DNA from: Mobula hypostoma
Taxonomy: Eukaryota
Direction of reading: 5' to 3'
Assembly: GCF_963921235.1 (NCBI RefSeq)
Contig: NC_086104.1
Location: 90,396,001 to 90,460,000, forward strand
Length of the DNA stretch: 64,000 nt
The notes under the pieces were generated by a model that saw only the letters and a list, made by a program, of their open reading frames with translations, did no database searches and was not told where the DNA came from. A program made the translations under genes and the position numbers. Numbering within the stretch: the stretch's first letter is position 1; each line of letters opens with the position of its first letter. Positions 1-11,529 of the stretch are shown piece by piece.

Positions 1-456
1 GCTTTCCCAATAGGGCAGATCCAGAGAGACAGCAAATGACGCTGGTGGATGGAGAAGCCATGGGCCAGAAGGATAGAGCTTCTCAGAAACCCAATACCCA
101 CTCGCCTTCAAAACCAGAACCCCAACCCCCATACAGGAAAGATGTCAGGCTGGAGGTCCGGGATCACACTTATTCATACACAATGGAAAATCATCACTCA
201 GCCCTGGTGCTCCCAAAAACCATTTCAATATCTTGCATCACATTAAGTAAGTTGGTCTGCCCGAGGCATTGAAAAGAGGAAGATTCCTGTTTATCAAGAC
301 CTGTAACTTCCAACAGACTTGTACAGTACTGTGCAAAAGTCTTAGGCACTGTAGATTTTTCTTATATATGGTTTCAGATGGTATGGCCTCCACAGAGCCC
401 TAATCTCAACATCACTGAGGCTGTCTGGGATTACCTGGGGAGACAGAAGCAAGTGA

Positions 457-684
457 ACACAAAATACTCAGCAGATGCTGGGGTCAAAGCAACACGCACA
501 ACATGCTGGAGGAACTCAGCAGGTCGGGCAGCATCTGTGGAAACAAACAGTCAACGTTTCGGGCCGAGACCCTTCGTCAGGACTGAAATGACTCACAAAG
601 TCCTGACGAAGGGTCTCGGCCCAAAACGCTGACTGTTCGTTTTCACGGATGCTGCCCGATCTGCTGAGTTCCTCCAGCGTGTTG
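457..684. mobile_element. Penelope-derived fold-back mini-retroposon with hammerhead motifs
   Basis: 13-bp TSD cagaagcaagtga (444-456 and 685-697). Inverted arms of about 85 bp; the minus-strand arm carries CAGTC-CTGACGA-stem-GAAAC-GTT-GACTG. Confidence 0.8.
548..585 (-). ncRNA. Minimal type I hammerhead-ribozyme-like motif
   Basis: Minus strand reads CAGTC CTGACGA A GGGT-CTCG-GCCC GAAAC GTT GACTG: stem I, core boxes, stem II tetraloop and palindromic ACGT stem III. Activity not shown. Confidence 0.6.
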
Positions 685-1636
685 CAGAAGCAAGTGAGAC
701 AGCCAAAGTCCGCAGAACAGCTGTGGCAAGTTCTCCAAGATGCTTGGAGCAACCTACCAGCCAACTTTCTGATAAAACTGCATGACAGTGTACCTTAGAG
801 AATTGATGTCATTTTAAAGGCAAAGGGTGGTAGCACCAAATATTGATTTGATTTAGATTTTTACTATTTATAGTCCATTATAGTAATTTTTTTTATATTT
901 AGAAACTTTCATTTCATTATTTTTCAAAGCATCTTTGCTTTACATTTTTTTGCAGTGCTGTAACTCCACGTGACACTGGCACTGGCCAACTTTCTTTCCT
1001 CTGTCTGTGGTGGTCATGGACTAAAGCCTATGGCCTAGCCCTGGAACGTGCTTCCTCACCTTTCCTCTCTCCTTTAGCTTCTAACAAAGGTCAGTCAAAC
1101 TTGACTGACAATGCTCTTGTAAGGCACCTTGTGACGTTTGGCTACATTGATGAAGTTATAGAAATGTACAGGGAAAATGAGAGAGCCAATGATAGGACTG
1201 AGAGTGAACCCAAAATACAGAAAGCAGCTTCTGTAAGAAGCCCAGGAAGGTGAAATGACCCCTGTCTGTGTACTTAATGAAACGGTGTAGGCACCACTTT
1301 GACTTTGCTGTAATGCTTTTCAATAATTGGCAAGTCAACATTTCCCTGGAGGCTATGATTTCCCTCTTCCCATCACATCATTCAATCATACAGCCTATGT
1401 TCCCTATCTCTAGTCTGTCACTGTTCAAAGAACCCTTCACAATAAAGTTTAAATTACTATGACTTATTCTGCTCATACATATAATATCTTACATCTATGC
1501 ATGTTGTCTTTAGTTACTGTGAAGTCCAGGACAAACCTGGAGAGTAGTGATCTCTCTCAACCCTCGTTCAGCCGATGGTCTTGCCCAACACACAGTTAGC
1601 ACAAGCTGAAATGAAAACTCCTCCTATTATGTTTAC

Positions 1637-1726
1637 CTTTACATAATTCCCGCACTGTGCTCCCTTTCTGCAGTTTCCGAAAACTCTGCCAGAAGGATTT
1701 ATTTTTCTTTTTCCAGTCAGCACTTC
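1637..1726 (-). CDS. SASH1: SASH1-like exon 6, 90 bp (SADWKKKNKSFWQSFRKLQKGSTVRELCK)
   Basis: ctcttacag|GA acceptor and AAG|gtaaac donor. Matches [20 protein letters not shown]; phase 1-1. The next exon was not found in 1-1636, so the gene runs off the window. Confidence 0.93.
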
Positions 1727-2069
1727 CTGTAAGAGGAAGATAAAATATTAAACAGCAACAACTCCCTTCTCCATTTCAATGAGGAATGAAGACAGCTTAC
1801 TTCAACTGCACTGCCCGAGTTGCTTTAATACCTCTTCAGAGAGTAAAATGTGCTAATTAATTGCTGCTGCACAGTTAACCCTAGTCCTGTGCCCTGAGAA
1901 CGTTGTCCCATGCTAGTCATGGATCTGTGAGCATTGTGTTATTGAGCAGGCCGCAGGATAAGCAGTCTTCATCAATGTTGTCCAGACCTTAGTACCTGAT
2001 GCTCAGATTCATGAGCTTCAAAAATGGCCGAGACCACGAAGGAAAGCAATGAAAACAGGTGGGGAGATC

Positions 2070-2365
2070 AACTGTCGGAAGTGCGCAAAGGGATATGGAT
2101 AGGTTTAGTGAATGTAGGAAACAGTGACAGGTGAGTTAAACTGAATCAAAAGTGAAATCACCCCTTTTAGTAGGAAGGATAACAAGACAGAATATAAAGT
2201 GATGTAAAATAATAGGTTTCACGGATATTTGGCTGAATACCATAAAGTAGGTACCATAGTAAATACGGAAATTAGATGTTTGCATTAGCTCAAGTGGGAT
2301 AGGTACAAAAATAGGGATCTTGTTTCGACCTTTGGTAAGACTAAACTTGAAGTACTGTGGAGAGT
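2070..2365 (+). mobile_element. Highly degenerate CR1 RT fragment
   Basis: Decayed similarity to the better-preserved CR1 copies in the window (e.g. ttggtaagactaaacttgaagtactgtg); ends approximate. Confidence 0.55.
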
Positions 2366-2904
2366 TTTAACAGGTGGGTATTCTCGCCTTTGATTTGACA
2401 GTTTCTTTGAATTGGTTTAGTGTTTTGAAGTTACAAATCACAACAGTATCGGCCTCTGCCATCACTTTGGATTCATCAGCTGTCTGGAGAGGGGGAGCCT
2501 GCCGCATGGGCAACAGCTCGCTCTCCGTATCGTACTGCCCCGGCTTGCGTATCAGATGGACAGCTGGGAGCAATACCCATACCTATGGCTGACCCCGACC
2601 AACTGATAGCCTTGGACAGTTAAGTAGATGCAGCCAAGCAGAAGCAACTGGATGACAGGCACAAGCATAAAAATACAAAAGTCAATGCTTGCACAGAAAT
2701 AGAAATTTATCAATTTACTCATAATCGATCCATCATTGTTTATACCAATGCATTGTTGCACAGTTTCAATGAAGAATCATTGACCTGTACAGCATGGAAA
2801 TAAGCCTTTGGCTCATAGACTCCACACCAATCATTAAACTCCCATTTACAATCATCCCACAGATATACACGTGAAAAGATATCATTTATATGGCTGGAAG
2901 GAGA

Positions 2905-3010
2905 ATAGCAATAGATAGATAGCCAGAGAAAAGAGATAGTGAGAATGATCGACAATAGATACACAGCCAGGTAGACAGACCCATTAGATAAGATAAATAA
3001 ATGGATGGAT
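2905..3010. repeat. Degenerate (GATA/AGAT)n microsatellite
   Basis: atagatagatag...agataagataaataa...atggatggat. Confidence 0.6.
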
Positions 3011-3086
3011 AAAATTGGCATGTCCAGGATATTTCACCATACCAGTTTAATATTAACCACCCAAACAAAAATAAAATCACACTCAC

Positions 3087-3127
3087 CAACTGACCCATCC
3101 TCCAAAGTTGACTTACAAATCAATTGC
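3087..3127 (-). CDS. SASH1: SASH1-like exon 5, 41 bp (QLICKSTLEDGSV-G)
   Basis: ttttaaacag|G acceptor and TTG|gtgagt donor. Matches NPLHKSNSEDSSVG; phase 2-1 links exons 4 and 6 in frame. Confidence 0.88.
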
Positions 3128-3412
3128 CTGTTTAAAAGTGAAAAAAATGTTAGAGATGAGAACATTTGCAGGGCTGGAGATGCAAACCAGACAATTTATC
3201 AGCACAGTAATGGGTGTGAGGAAAATGTGCAAGTAACTTCAGAAATAATAAAAACCCCAGTTCAACAGTCTCTGCCGAGCAACTCTTTGAATCGAAGACC
3301 CTGAGAAACAGGAAGCCATTGACTGAAGGAAGAAAGGAAGAAGCTGAGCTTCAGATCATGTGATTATATATCGTATGTGGATTTAGTCATCCAATCTAAA
3401 GTGATTAATTTA

Positions 3413-3898
3413 CAGTACAGTGCAAAATTCAAATATACAAGTTGCCTCAGACTTTTGCATCGTACCGTACTTGTCAACGTGCAGCAGAGAGAGAGTTTGT
3501 AAATCTGGTGGGAACTAAGGATGCTGGGAATGGTGAGGGGTGTGGGACAGGTGGCAGAAGGACTGCTGGGGCAGGGTGTGGTACAGTGCAGACACAGCCA
3601 CCCCTGAGACACTGGCCCATGGTCATTTGATTCCAAACAATCAGTTTATTGATTATCGTAGATTGTCTCTCCGTTGCTTCCTGCTCCCTTCCTCTTTCCA
3701 CAACCATGATTCCCCTCTCCCTGCCCCTTCCCCACTCAGTCCACAATAGAGACCCTTATCAGAATCAGGTTTATCATATATGCGATTTTTTTTTGTGCAG
3801 TAGCAGTACAATGCAGTACATAAAATTGCTGCAGTACTGTGCAAAAATCTTTGGCTCCCGAGCTATATACATGTGCCTAAGACTTCTGCACAGTACTG
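3413..3898. mobile_element. Composite non-autonomous element bounded by two Tc1 mini-MITEs (3413-3467, 3832-3898)
   Basis: Each end is a 55-67 bp palindrome of the CAGTACTGTGCAAAAGTCTTAGGCA TIR. The whole unit recurs in inverted orientation at 36892-37435. Confidence 0.8.
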
Positions 3899-4637
3899 TA
3901 CCAAGGGGAATGATCAGCCTATCAGAACAGTTTCTGCTCGTCAGGAGTTGGGATGAGGGATGTAAGGAAAAGAATCAAGAATGGTAGCTTACATTCAGAT
4001 ACAATATTATGGATAGAGACTTTCAAACTCAGATTGACACACAAACCCTTGACAAAGAGAAACGTTTGGGAAATTCCTAATCCCATGTGTGGGAGAAGCA
4101 AATCATGTTGTGTCATCTGAATACCACTGCAGCAATTGTGGTTTAGGTTTCTGATTCCAAGAATTCTAGGACTAGTCTTGTGGTTATGGGTTGGGAAAAC
4201 CCGAAGAAATTTGGCCAGGGGAGGGGGGAGGGGAAGGCTAAAATGTGTAAATCAGAGGATAAATCTTGGGGAATAAACCACAAACAATAGTAATGCCCTT
4301 ATAAATTAGGTTGTTATTCAGAATATCACACTTTAAGGGAAAAAAGTCAAGTGTCCAAATTTAAAGAGCCCTGTGTTTCAGCATAGATAAATAGAGTCCA
4401 TTATAAATCAGAGTGAGTTTTACAATGGATTTGATAATGAGATATAATTGGATTATTTAACATTGCCTGCCTAATCGGGATGGCTTGACAACCATCACAC
4501 AGGCTTACGGGTGGAGACTGTGACACAAACACACCCATGTTAAGGAAATTAAACACCATTGTAAATGCGCACAGATCCTGGGCTGTTTATCGGAAAGCTA
4601 CCAATGAAAAGTGTTTCGTGATACAAGCACCACTTAC

Positions 4638-4687
4638 TTCCTTTCACTCTCTGGTGTTGACACTGCACTCCCCAACACACGTGACTC
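4638..4687 (-). CDS. SASH1: SASH1-like exon 4, 50 bp (ESRVLGSAVSTPESER-K)
   Basis: tttcccag|GAG acceptor and GAA|gtaagt donor. Matches ESLGFCSAVSTPEVERK; phase 0-2. Confidence 0.92.
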
Positions 4688-4811
4688 CTGGGAAACAAAA
4701 TTAAAGTCAGTGACCACTTCAGAAAAAGAAAGAGCTGCTCTGAAGTCAGAGGATGAATTTAACAAATTCCTGGAGAGAATCCAGGAGGATCTGTAGGGAA
4801 GTCGTACTCAC

Positions 4812-4862
4812 TCTAGTCTCAGACGGCAGCTGTGGGGAGAGTGGATTGGCAGCCGAACTTTC
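4812..4862 (-). CDS. SASH1: SASH1-like exon 3, 51 bp (ESSAANPLSPQLPSETR)
   Basis: ttttag|GAA acceptor and AGA|gtgagt donor. 17 codons, the same length as the SASH1 segment EKPDASPTSLQLRSQIE; keeps frame. Confidence 0.85.
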
Positions 4863-5539
4863 CTAAAACCAGAACACATGCGGTCTTTGTAACTCATTGA
4901 ACGTGGCAGTTTTCAATCCAAAAATATCAAAGCCAAAAATCAAGTGAAAAAACTAGGGTAGAATCAGTGGAGCTACTACATCCTGTTTATCAAGAGAAAC
5001 AAAACAAGTCTGAAAGACTTAATTATAGAGATGGGATTTCTCAAAATAAGAGAGCAAAGATATTTCATGACTGGTTTTGAGAAGAGTAGAATTTCAGTGC
5101 GGATTTGTATCCTAAACCCGATTCCTCAAGGCCATGACTATAGCAATGGTATTTAAAATGACTGGCTCCAAACCAGGCTCTACCAATGCCACCCACAATC
5201 TAAATCAAGAATATCCAGCATGAAGCTCACTTGAGCCATTTGGGCCCCAAACAATTCATGGTTCAATTCAGCCTCTCTTCAACTTCCCTCTTCAAGATGT
5301 GTCAGCTGTTCCTTCTTTTCCCTGTTCACCGCGTGCTTTTCATACCTCCCCTCTGGTGCTCCCACAACAGTCACTTCAACCATATTTTTCTAATTGTTTA
5401 GGTAAAGCAGTAGCTTCCAAATTCTCCACTGGATTTCTGAGTGACTGTGATAATAGACCCTGGTTATGCACTTCCCATGAGTGGAAACATTCCTTCGGTA
5501 ATCAAAATGCTTCATAATTTAATCCCTCGGACTAAATAC

Positions 5540-5830
5540 AAAGTACATGTGCATTTTTTGAACAATGATTTCCCAAAGGGCTTCCAAAGCCAATTAATTA
5601 CTTTTAAAGAGCTTGGATGTTTCAATCAGGAAACATTGCATCTCATTTATGCAAAACACATTCTCATAAACAACAATGATCAGATCATCTATTTTAGTGG
5701 CGCTAATTAAGGAAAATATTAGCTAATACACAAGTTAAGGCCTCCCTAGTCATCTGAACTAGTCCCAGGGATCTTACATGAGACTCTAGATTAGCACCAT
5801 CAGAAAACTGACACCCCATCAAAGTGGAAT
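5540..5830 (-). mobile_element. Degenerate Deu-domain SINE (SacSINE1-like)
   Basis: aaacaacaatgatcagatcatctattttagtggcgctaattaaggaaaatattagc resembles the reverse complement of the recalled DeuSINE body; related to 30600-30850. Confidence 0.45.
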
Positions 5831-6339
5831 TTAGTCATAGTGAGTCAACAAACTGGTCTGAAATATATCTTGACCCTCCCTGCGCCTGTGTGGATCAGCA
5901 TACTCCATTCTGTTGTGAGTCGTAAAGCACCAGGTGACTGTGCCGCAGGGTGACTGATATCAGTAACGACGATGTGGCATGAAGAGAGTGGCAGCTAGGA
6001 TTCAATACGATAAACAAAGTTACAGGAAACAGGAAACGTGTGCAGCGATCAAAAATCCACAGGGGAAGATGGAAGAGGAAAGGGACGGGGGCGTGATTCC
6101 TGCACAACTAATCACAGCTTCTGCTGTGTTTGGATTCTGAATTGACTTTGTCCACATTGGACCAGATGGCAAATATTTTTGGACCGTCTCACTTTCACCT
6201 CTGGGTCAGCAGCTTGCTGGTTCAAATCACGCTTCAGAGACTTGATCGCATGGTCTCATCAGATAATGCGACATCTGTACCCATGACCAACAACCTCTTG
6301 CTGCTTCTGCACTGATCATTACCCACTCACACCAGCTCT

Positions 6340-6580
6340 ATACTTTTATCCACTGCACATTCTCACCATCTTCCGGACTTCACCACTCTCCTACGCACCC
6401 GGTGGCAACGCACAGGGGCTAAGTAACCTACCAGCCTGACGTTGGAGGAACCTGGACGAAACCCGCACAGTCAGAAAGAGAACACGCAAGCTCCACAGAA
6501 ACAGCAGCGGAGATCATGACTGAAGACAGCCACTGGAACTGTCAGGCAGCAGTTCTTTTATTTGTACCATTATGCTGTTA
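6340..6580 (-). mobile_element. V-SINE/HE1-like SINE remnant
   Basis: ggaggaacctggacgaaacccgcacagtcagaaagagaacacgcaagctccacagaaacagc resembles the reverse complement of the V-domain. Confidence 0.55.
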
Positions 6581-9156
6581 TTCTGCTTTATGGACCAGGA
6601 AGGGACCTACAGCACATTTGCAGAGGGCGATGCAATCGGCACTTCAAAATGCAAGGTGTTAGCGGTGTGGGACAGACATGCAAAATCGAACCTATTGCTC
6701 CCCATTGTCTGACGTACTTCATGTACAACCCGTTACCGTTAACGCCGCTGCTGTTTAGGGCAGCAGTGAAGGTTCTCCATCTCTGTATCATTGCACGCAG
6801 ATACAGAAGGTTTCTTCACTGCTGTTCCTGCAGCAATTTTTTCACCAGTCAGGGTTGTTCGCGCTCAAAGACTGACAGACAACTAATGTGCAAATGAAAG
6901 TAACAATAATAATAATAATTAATAAATAATACCGGATGAACAAGGGAGAGAGGATTGGAACAAGCCCAGATATAATAAAGGTAAGGATGAGTGGCTGAGC
7001 TGCACAGCAGCTGAGACGAGGCACAGCCAGTGATACTGGAGGTGTACGACAGGAAACTCATCTCGGGGTTCAATGCCTAATCAAACTTCCGATCACTGCT
7101 TCAGTTTCCCGCAAGGGGAGTGGAACCAGAGTCTAAGGAATGAAGGTTGTGACCAGCACTGAAGACAATGGTTTAATTTTTCCCCATTGGAGGAAAACTC
7201 CTGCTCATTTTGAAGTGTCAAAAAAAAAGCAAACTGAAGAACGTGGAGAGGTCCAGAGGAGAGGCAGTGAGATAGAGCTGGGGGGGTCATCAGGGAAACT
7301 GGCTTTGGATGACTCTGCCAGCAGTTGGCTTGTCCATGAGAAACCAGAGCAGGCTATGACTGGATGCCTGGAAATGGAACTAGAGAGGACAATCCTAGGC
7401 AGCTGGAGAGACACTGGCCCATCAATTCAAACTGCCAACAGGTTGAAAAGAGAAAGATGGGGATGCTGCCTTTAGGTAAGACATAATTTATAATGCTGAA
7501 TGCAGATCTATCCACATTGTGACAGAGAAGGCTCGTGTTTTTACTTGATGGAGGAAGGTAAAAGAAGTGTGGCTAATCATATCACTCATTAATTATTAGA
7601 TCCTGTAGAAACTGGACAGAATTGTCATTTACATTGCATCCTCCCTTCCTCTTCCTAATCCAACTCACTGGATTCATATGCTGAAGGTGAGGAGAGGGGA
7701 CGTGGCTCTTTCAATCCATGCTCAGCCTCGTCAGGTGAAGAAAGATTTGGCAAGTGGCTTTGAGGAACTGAAAGCTGGCATAAGCTTGGCTTTGTGCAGT
7801 GATCTGCATCGTAATCACGTGTCATGCGCGCAGCCGCTAGCTGTAAGGTGCCGCCATGCCAAACGCTGAACCAGCATGGAGCCTCCATATCAGACGGTGA
7901 CGCAAACAATCAGAATGCTCCCCACGGAACCGCTCGAACTTTGGTGACACCAAACCTCCTCACTTGCTCTAGTGTTGTTGTGCTTATTTTGTTGTTTATT
8001 TCTGTACAAATGCAAGTTCCGCACATATTAGGTTAATTTAAAATTACATCAAAATATGTATGTTAGTTAATTTTCATGGTATTTATACCTTGTACATGTA
8101 CGCCTATAACAATAAACTTGAAAATGACTTGCCTTATCAGTATACTAGACCAGACAACTTTCACCTTCGGCTTAAGAGTAAAAGTTTCTGTTGCTTTTGT
8201 TTTTGGCACAGGCATTAAGAAGTGATATATCTGGTGAATATAAAAGTCCCCATGGCATTATACAAAGAAGTAGCCTGACACCAATCAAAAATGGTCGATG
8301 GATTAAACACCTTACTGCTCTTTCTGATACCTGGCAATACCGATGGTCTATGTATCCTTTAGAATGGAACTCACCTCCTACAAGGTACATACAGAAACTT
8401 GGTGCCGCCAATGCAAGGCTCCAAGGTCTTGCAATCTCAGAGTGATCTAAAGTCCTGCTGCCACTAGATCCTCTGTAACAACACTACAAATAATTTAAGG
8501 ATGTATTGTTCAAAAAGGCCACATGAGTGGTATTGATACTTAGTACATAGGATGTACTACCTTGATGTCACTACAATTGTATAGACTTGACAATGCTATA
8601 ACTGAGTAGACTGTATAACACTAACAAATATCAAGAAAGCAATGCATTCTTTTGTATTTCTTGTTTATATCTTTATGAATAATATTTATTTTTGGTTTAA
8701 AAAAAAACCTCATTTGTTCAAGGACACCAAAAGGATCTGTACAAATCATTTCAGGCTTCCTTTCCAAATCAAAATACAATGTGTAGCACAGATGAGTCAT
8801 ATTTCTAACAGGAAACTTGGTAGATGAAATATTTGAGACTGTAAGAATGTTTAACTCCAGAGAACTAATTTGTTCTATTACCTTCATTGTCTTGGTGTAC
8901 TGGCTGGGATGTCTCTCAAACACTATTATAGATAGATTATCTGGCAATTCACTTAATTACTGTTTATGGAAATTTTTTTTTAAAAAACAGTACACCATAT
9001 TCCCTCCTTTACAAAAGTGACTAGATCTCCATAACACTTCATTAGCTCAAGATTATTTTGAAATTACCTGAAGTCATAAGGTTATTGTATGAGCCCAAGC
9101 CTTACTTTTCAATGAAAACACACAGGTTTGTCCTCAAGGCAGGCAGAGGTTCTTAC

Positions 9157-9285
9157 CAGCTCCAGATCCTCTGAAACACTACACGGGTAAAGCTCTTCCA
9201 TCTGCTCAGTGCTGTCGCTGAGGCAAGTGTTGTAGTATTCTGTGTACTGCTGAGCCAGGTCATCAATGTGTCCCAGTGATCCATC
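9157..9285 (-). CDS. SASH1: SASH1-like exon 2, 129 bp ([43 protein letters not shown])
   Basis: Pyrimidine tract then aag|GAT acceptor; CTG|gtaaga donor. Matches SASH1 [32 protein letters not shown]; phase 0-0. Confidence 0.95.
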
Positions 9286-9682
9286 CTTTATTGGCGGGGG
9301 AGAAAGGGAGAAAGTAATCAGAACTCAGTATCCAACGGCCCAGCAGGAAACACAAAGTAACTTGCCAAGTCCCAGGATACTCCAATCAAACTATACAACT
9401 ACAATAATGTGGCACATTCAGAAATTTGATACTGCACAACTGGCATACTTTAGAGACTTTTGGGTGAATTTCAAAAATTAATACCTCAACACACTTTTAT
9501 TTATTTGCCCCCAAATGTTACAATAAATTTCCCACTAAAACTGGCAAGTTTCAAAGGAGTACAGGAACAAGCAAGGCTCTGGGGAGCTCGGTGTCCTGGT
9601 GAGTTGGGACAAGAACATTAGTTGGCTGAGTCAGATGCCAAACCATTAGGGCTCAGGAATATTTGGGTAATGGCTTTTTGAA

Positions 9683-9919
9683 CACAAACAACAGGAACTC
9701 TGCAGATGCTGGAAATTTAAGCAACACACATCAAAGTTGCTGGTGAACGCAGCAGGCCAAGCAGCATCTCTTGGAAGAGGTACAGTCAACGTTTCAGGCC
9801 AAGACCCTTCGAGACCCGTTAGTCCTGACGAAGGGTCTCGGCCTGAAACGTTGACTGTACCTCTTCCTAGAGATGTTGCCTGGCCTGCTGCGTTCACCAG
9901 CAACTTTGATGTGTGTTGC
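9683..9919. mobile_element. Penelope-derived fold-back mini-retroposon with hammerhead motif
   Basis: 14-bp TSD aatggctttttgaa (9669-9682 and 9920-9933). Near-perfect arms of about 90-100 bp; plus-strand AGTC-CTGACGA-AGGGTCTCGGCCT-GAAAC-GTT-GACTG at 9821-9857. Confidence 0.85.
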
Positions 9920-11000
9920 AATGGCTTTTTGAAGTTTATTGTAGTTATAGCAAAACGCACTTAGTGAAAATTTCTTGTTTTCAAATAAGGCCTCTGCTGG
10001 CATTTATGTTCACTTCCATGTCAGAAGGATATGATTTCAGTTGCCTATTCCAAGATGAATGCAGTATGGAGGCAGAATTGTACTGTAGGAAGTTGTGCTG
10101 ACTTCAAAGGCATTTGATTGTCAAATGCTCTCTTTGAAAAAAGTGTCTGGATCAATCACTTAGTGGCACGAAGACCAGAAACTTGAGATAAGACCATCAG
10201 AAAATGAAGACAACCCTTTATCCTGCTGCAATATTCATCCACCCTCAGGGTGAAAGCAGAGCTGAGGATTTCCCATTTTTAATTTTTTTCCCTAGTACTG
10301 TTGCTGTCAAGCCCTCCAGTAATTTTGAGCATTTCAATGAGATAGTCTCTTGCGCTTCTGAAATTCACAGAATTTAGCCTCAGCCAATTCAAATCTTGAA
10401 AGCCCTCAGAATAAATCTGATAAAACTTCTTTTTTAACTTCTCAGTCAACTCAATGCATCCTTGAGCAAGAGAGTGAAACCAGCCACAGTACTCCAGCTG
10501 TAATCAAAACCCTCTAGACTGAATTTAAACTTCCTTCAATTAAAAGTTAACATGACATCAGCTTTTTTGTTGTTGTTCCGCCCGCGCCCCCCCCCACATC
10601 TTGTCAATAAACACGCAAATACCTGAATATCATTCACGGGATGGGCGTGTCCCCGAGGACACTGATCCCAAATTGATCCCATTGGCTTGAGTTACTGCTG
10701 AGTGGGGTGTCCCGTATCGTGACCCAGCAGGAATAATGATGATATTTTCCCACATGGATGAACACTGAAGGTGGTGGTACTCCCACTACCCCTGCCGACC
10801 TTGTGCTTCTAGGTGGCAGGAGTTGTGGTTTGAGTCGCTGGGTTGCCACCTTGCTATGGCACACCTCATGGACTGCACACACCATAGCCACGGGGCAGCA
10901 GAGAAGAAAAGATGAAACCAATGTCTATCAAGTGGTCCTTTGTGATTTTTTTTCCTCTCTGAGGGTTGCTGCAGCTGATCTCATCCAGGCAAGTGGAATA

Positions 11001-11515
11001 TACACTCAGTACAAGTATCTCCTGAACCTAATAAAGTGGCCACTGACTGTACGTTCATGGTCTTCAGCTGCTGAAGTTCATTCACTTCAAGGTTTGACAT
11101 GGTGTGCATTCAGAGATGCTCTTCTGCAACCCCCTGTTGTAACACATGGTTATTTAAGTTTTTGTCTCCTTCCGGTCAGCTTGAACCAGTCTGGTCTTTC
11201 TCCTCTGACCTCTCTCATTAACAAGAGCTACTGATCTCAGGATGTGTTTTTTTTTGCTCTCTGTAAACTCTAGAGACTTCTGCACATGAAAATCCCAGGA
11301 GACCTGCAGTTTTTGAGATACTCAAATCACCCTCTATGGCACCAACAATCATTCCACAGTTAAAAAGTCACATTTCTTCCTCATTTTGATGTTTGGTCTG
11401 AAGAGCAACTGAACCCCTTGTCCATGTCTGCATGCTTTTGTGTACTGAGTTGCTGCCACATGATTGGCTGATTAGATATTTACATTAATGTACAGGTGTA
11501 CCCAGTAAAGTAACC
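11001..11515 (-). mobile_element. Tc1-family deletion derivative (transposase N-terminal remnant)
   Basis: Homologous to 52155-52645; ends of the tacactcagt...cctaataaagtggccact type. Confidence 0.75.
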
Positions 11516-11529
11516 ATATCACCACATTC

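Larger units (their letters stand above)
324..960 (+). mobile_element. Internally deleted Tc1/mariner element with a nested fold-back retroposon
   Basis: TA-flanked, starts CAGTACTGTGCAAAAGTCTTAGGCAC. Transposase remnant WPPQSPNLNITEAVWDYL corresponds to the Tc1 WPxQSPDLNPIE motif. Confidence 0.85.

Noticed and set aside
1-1636. Expected next SASH1 exon ([26 protein letters not shown]-like)
   Set aside because: No matching sequence found; presumably outside the window.
8375-8472. Possible 98-bp poison cassette exon in intron 2 (donor GAG|gtgagt)
   Set aside because: The acceptor lacks a pyrimidine tract and there is no independent support.
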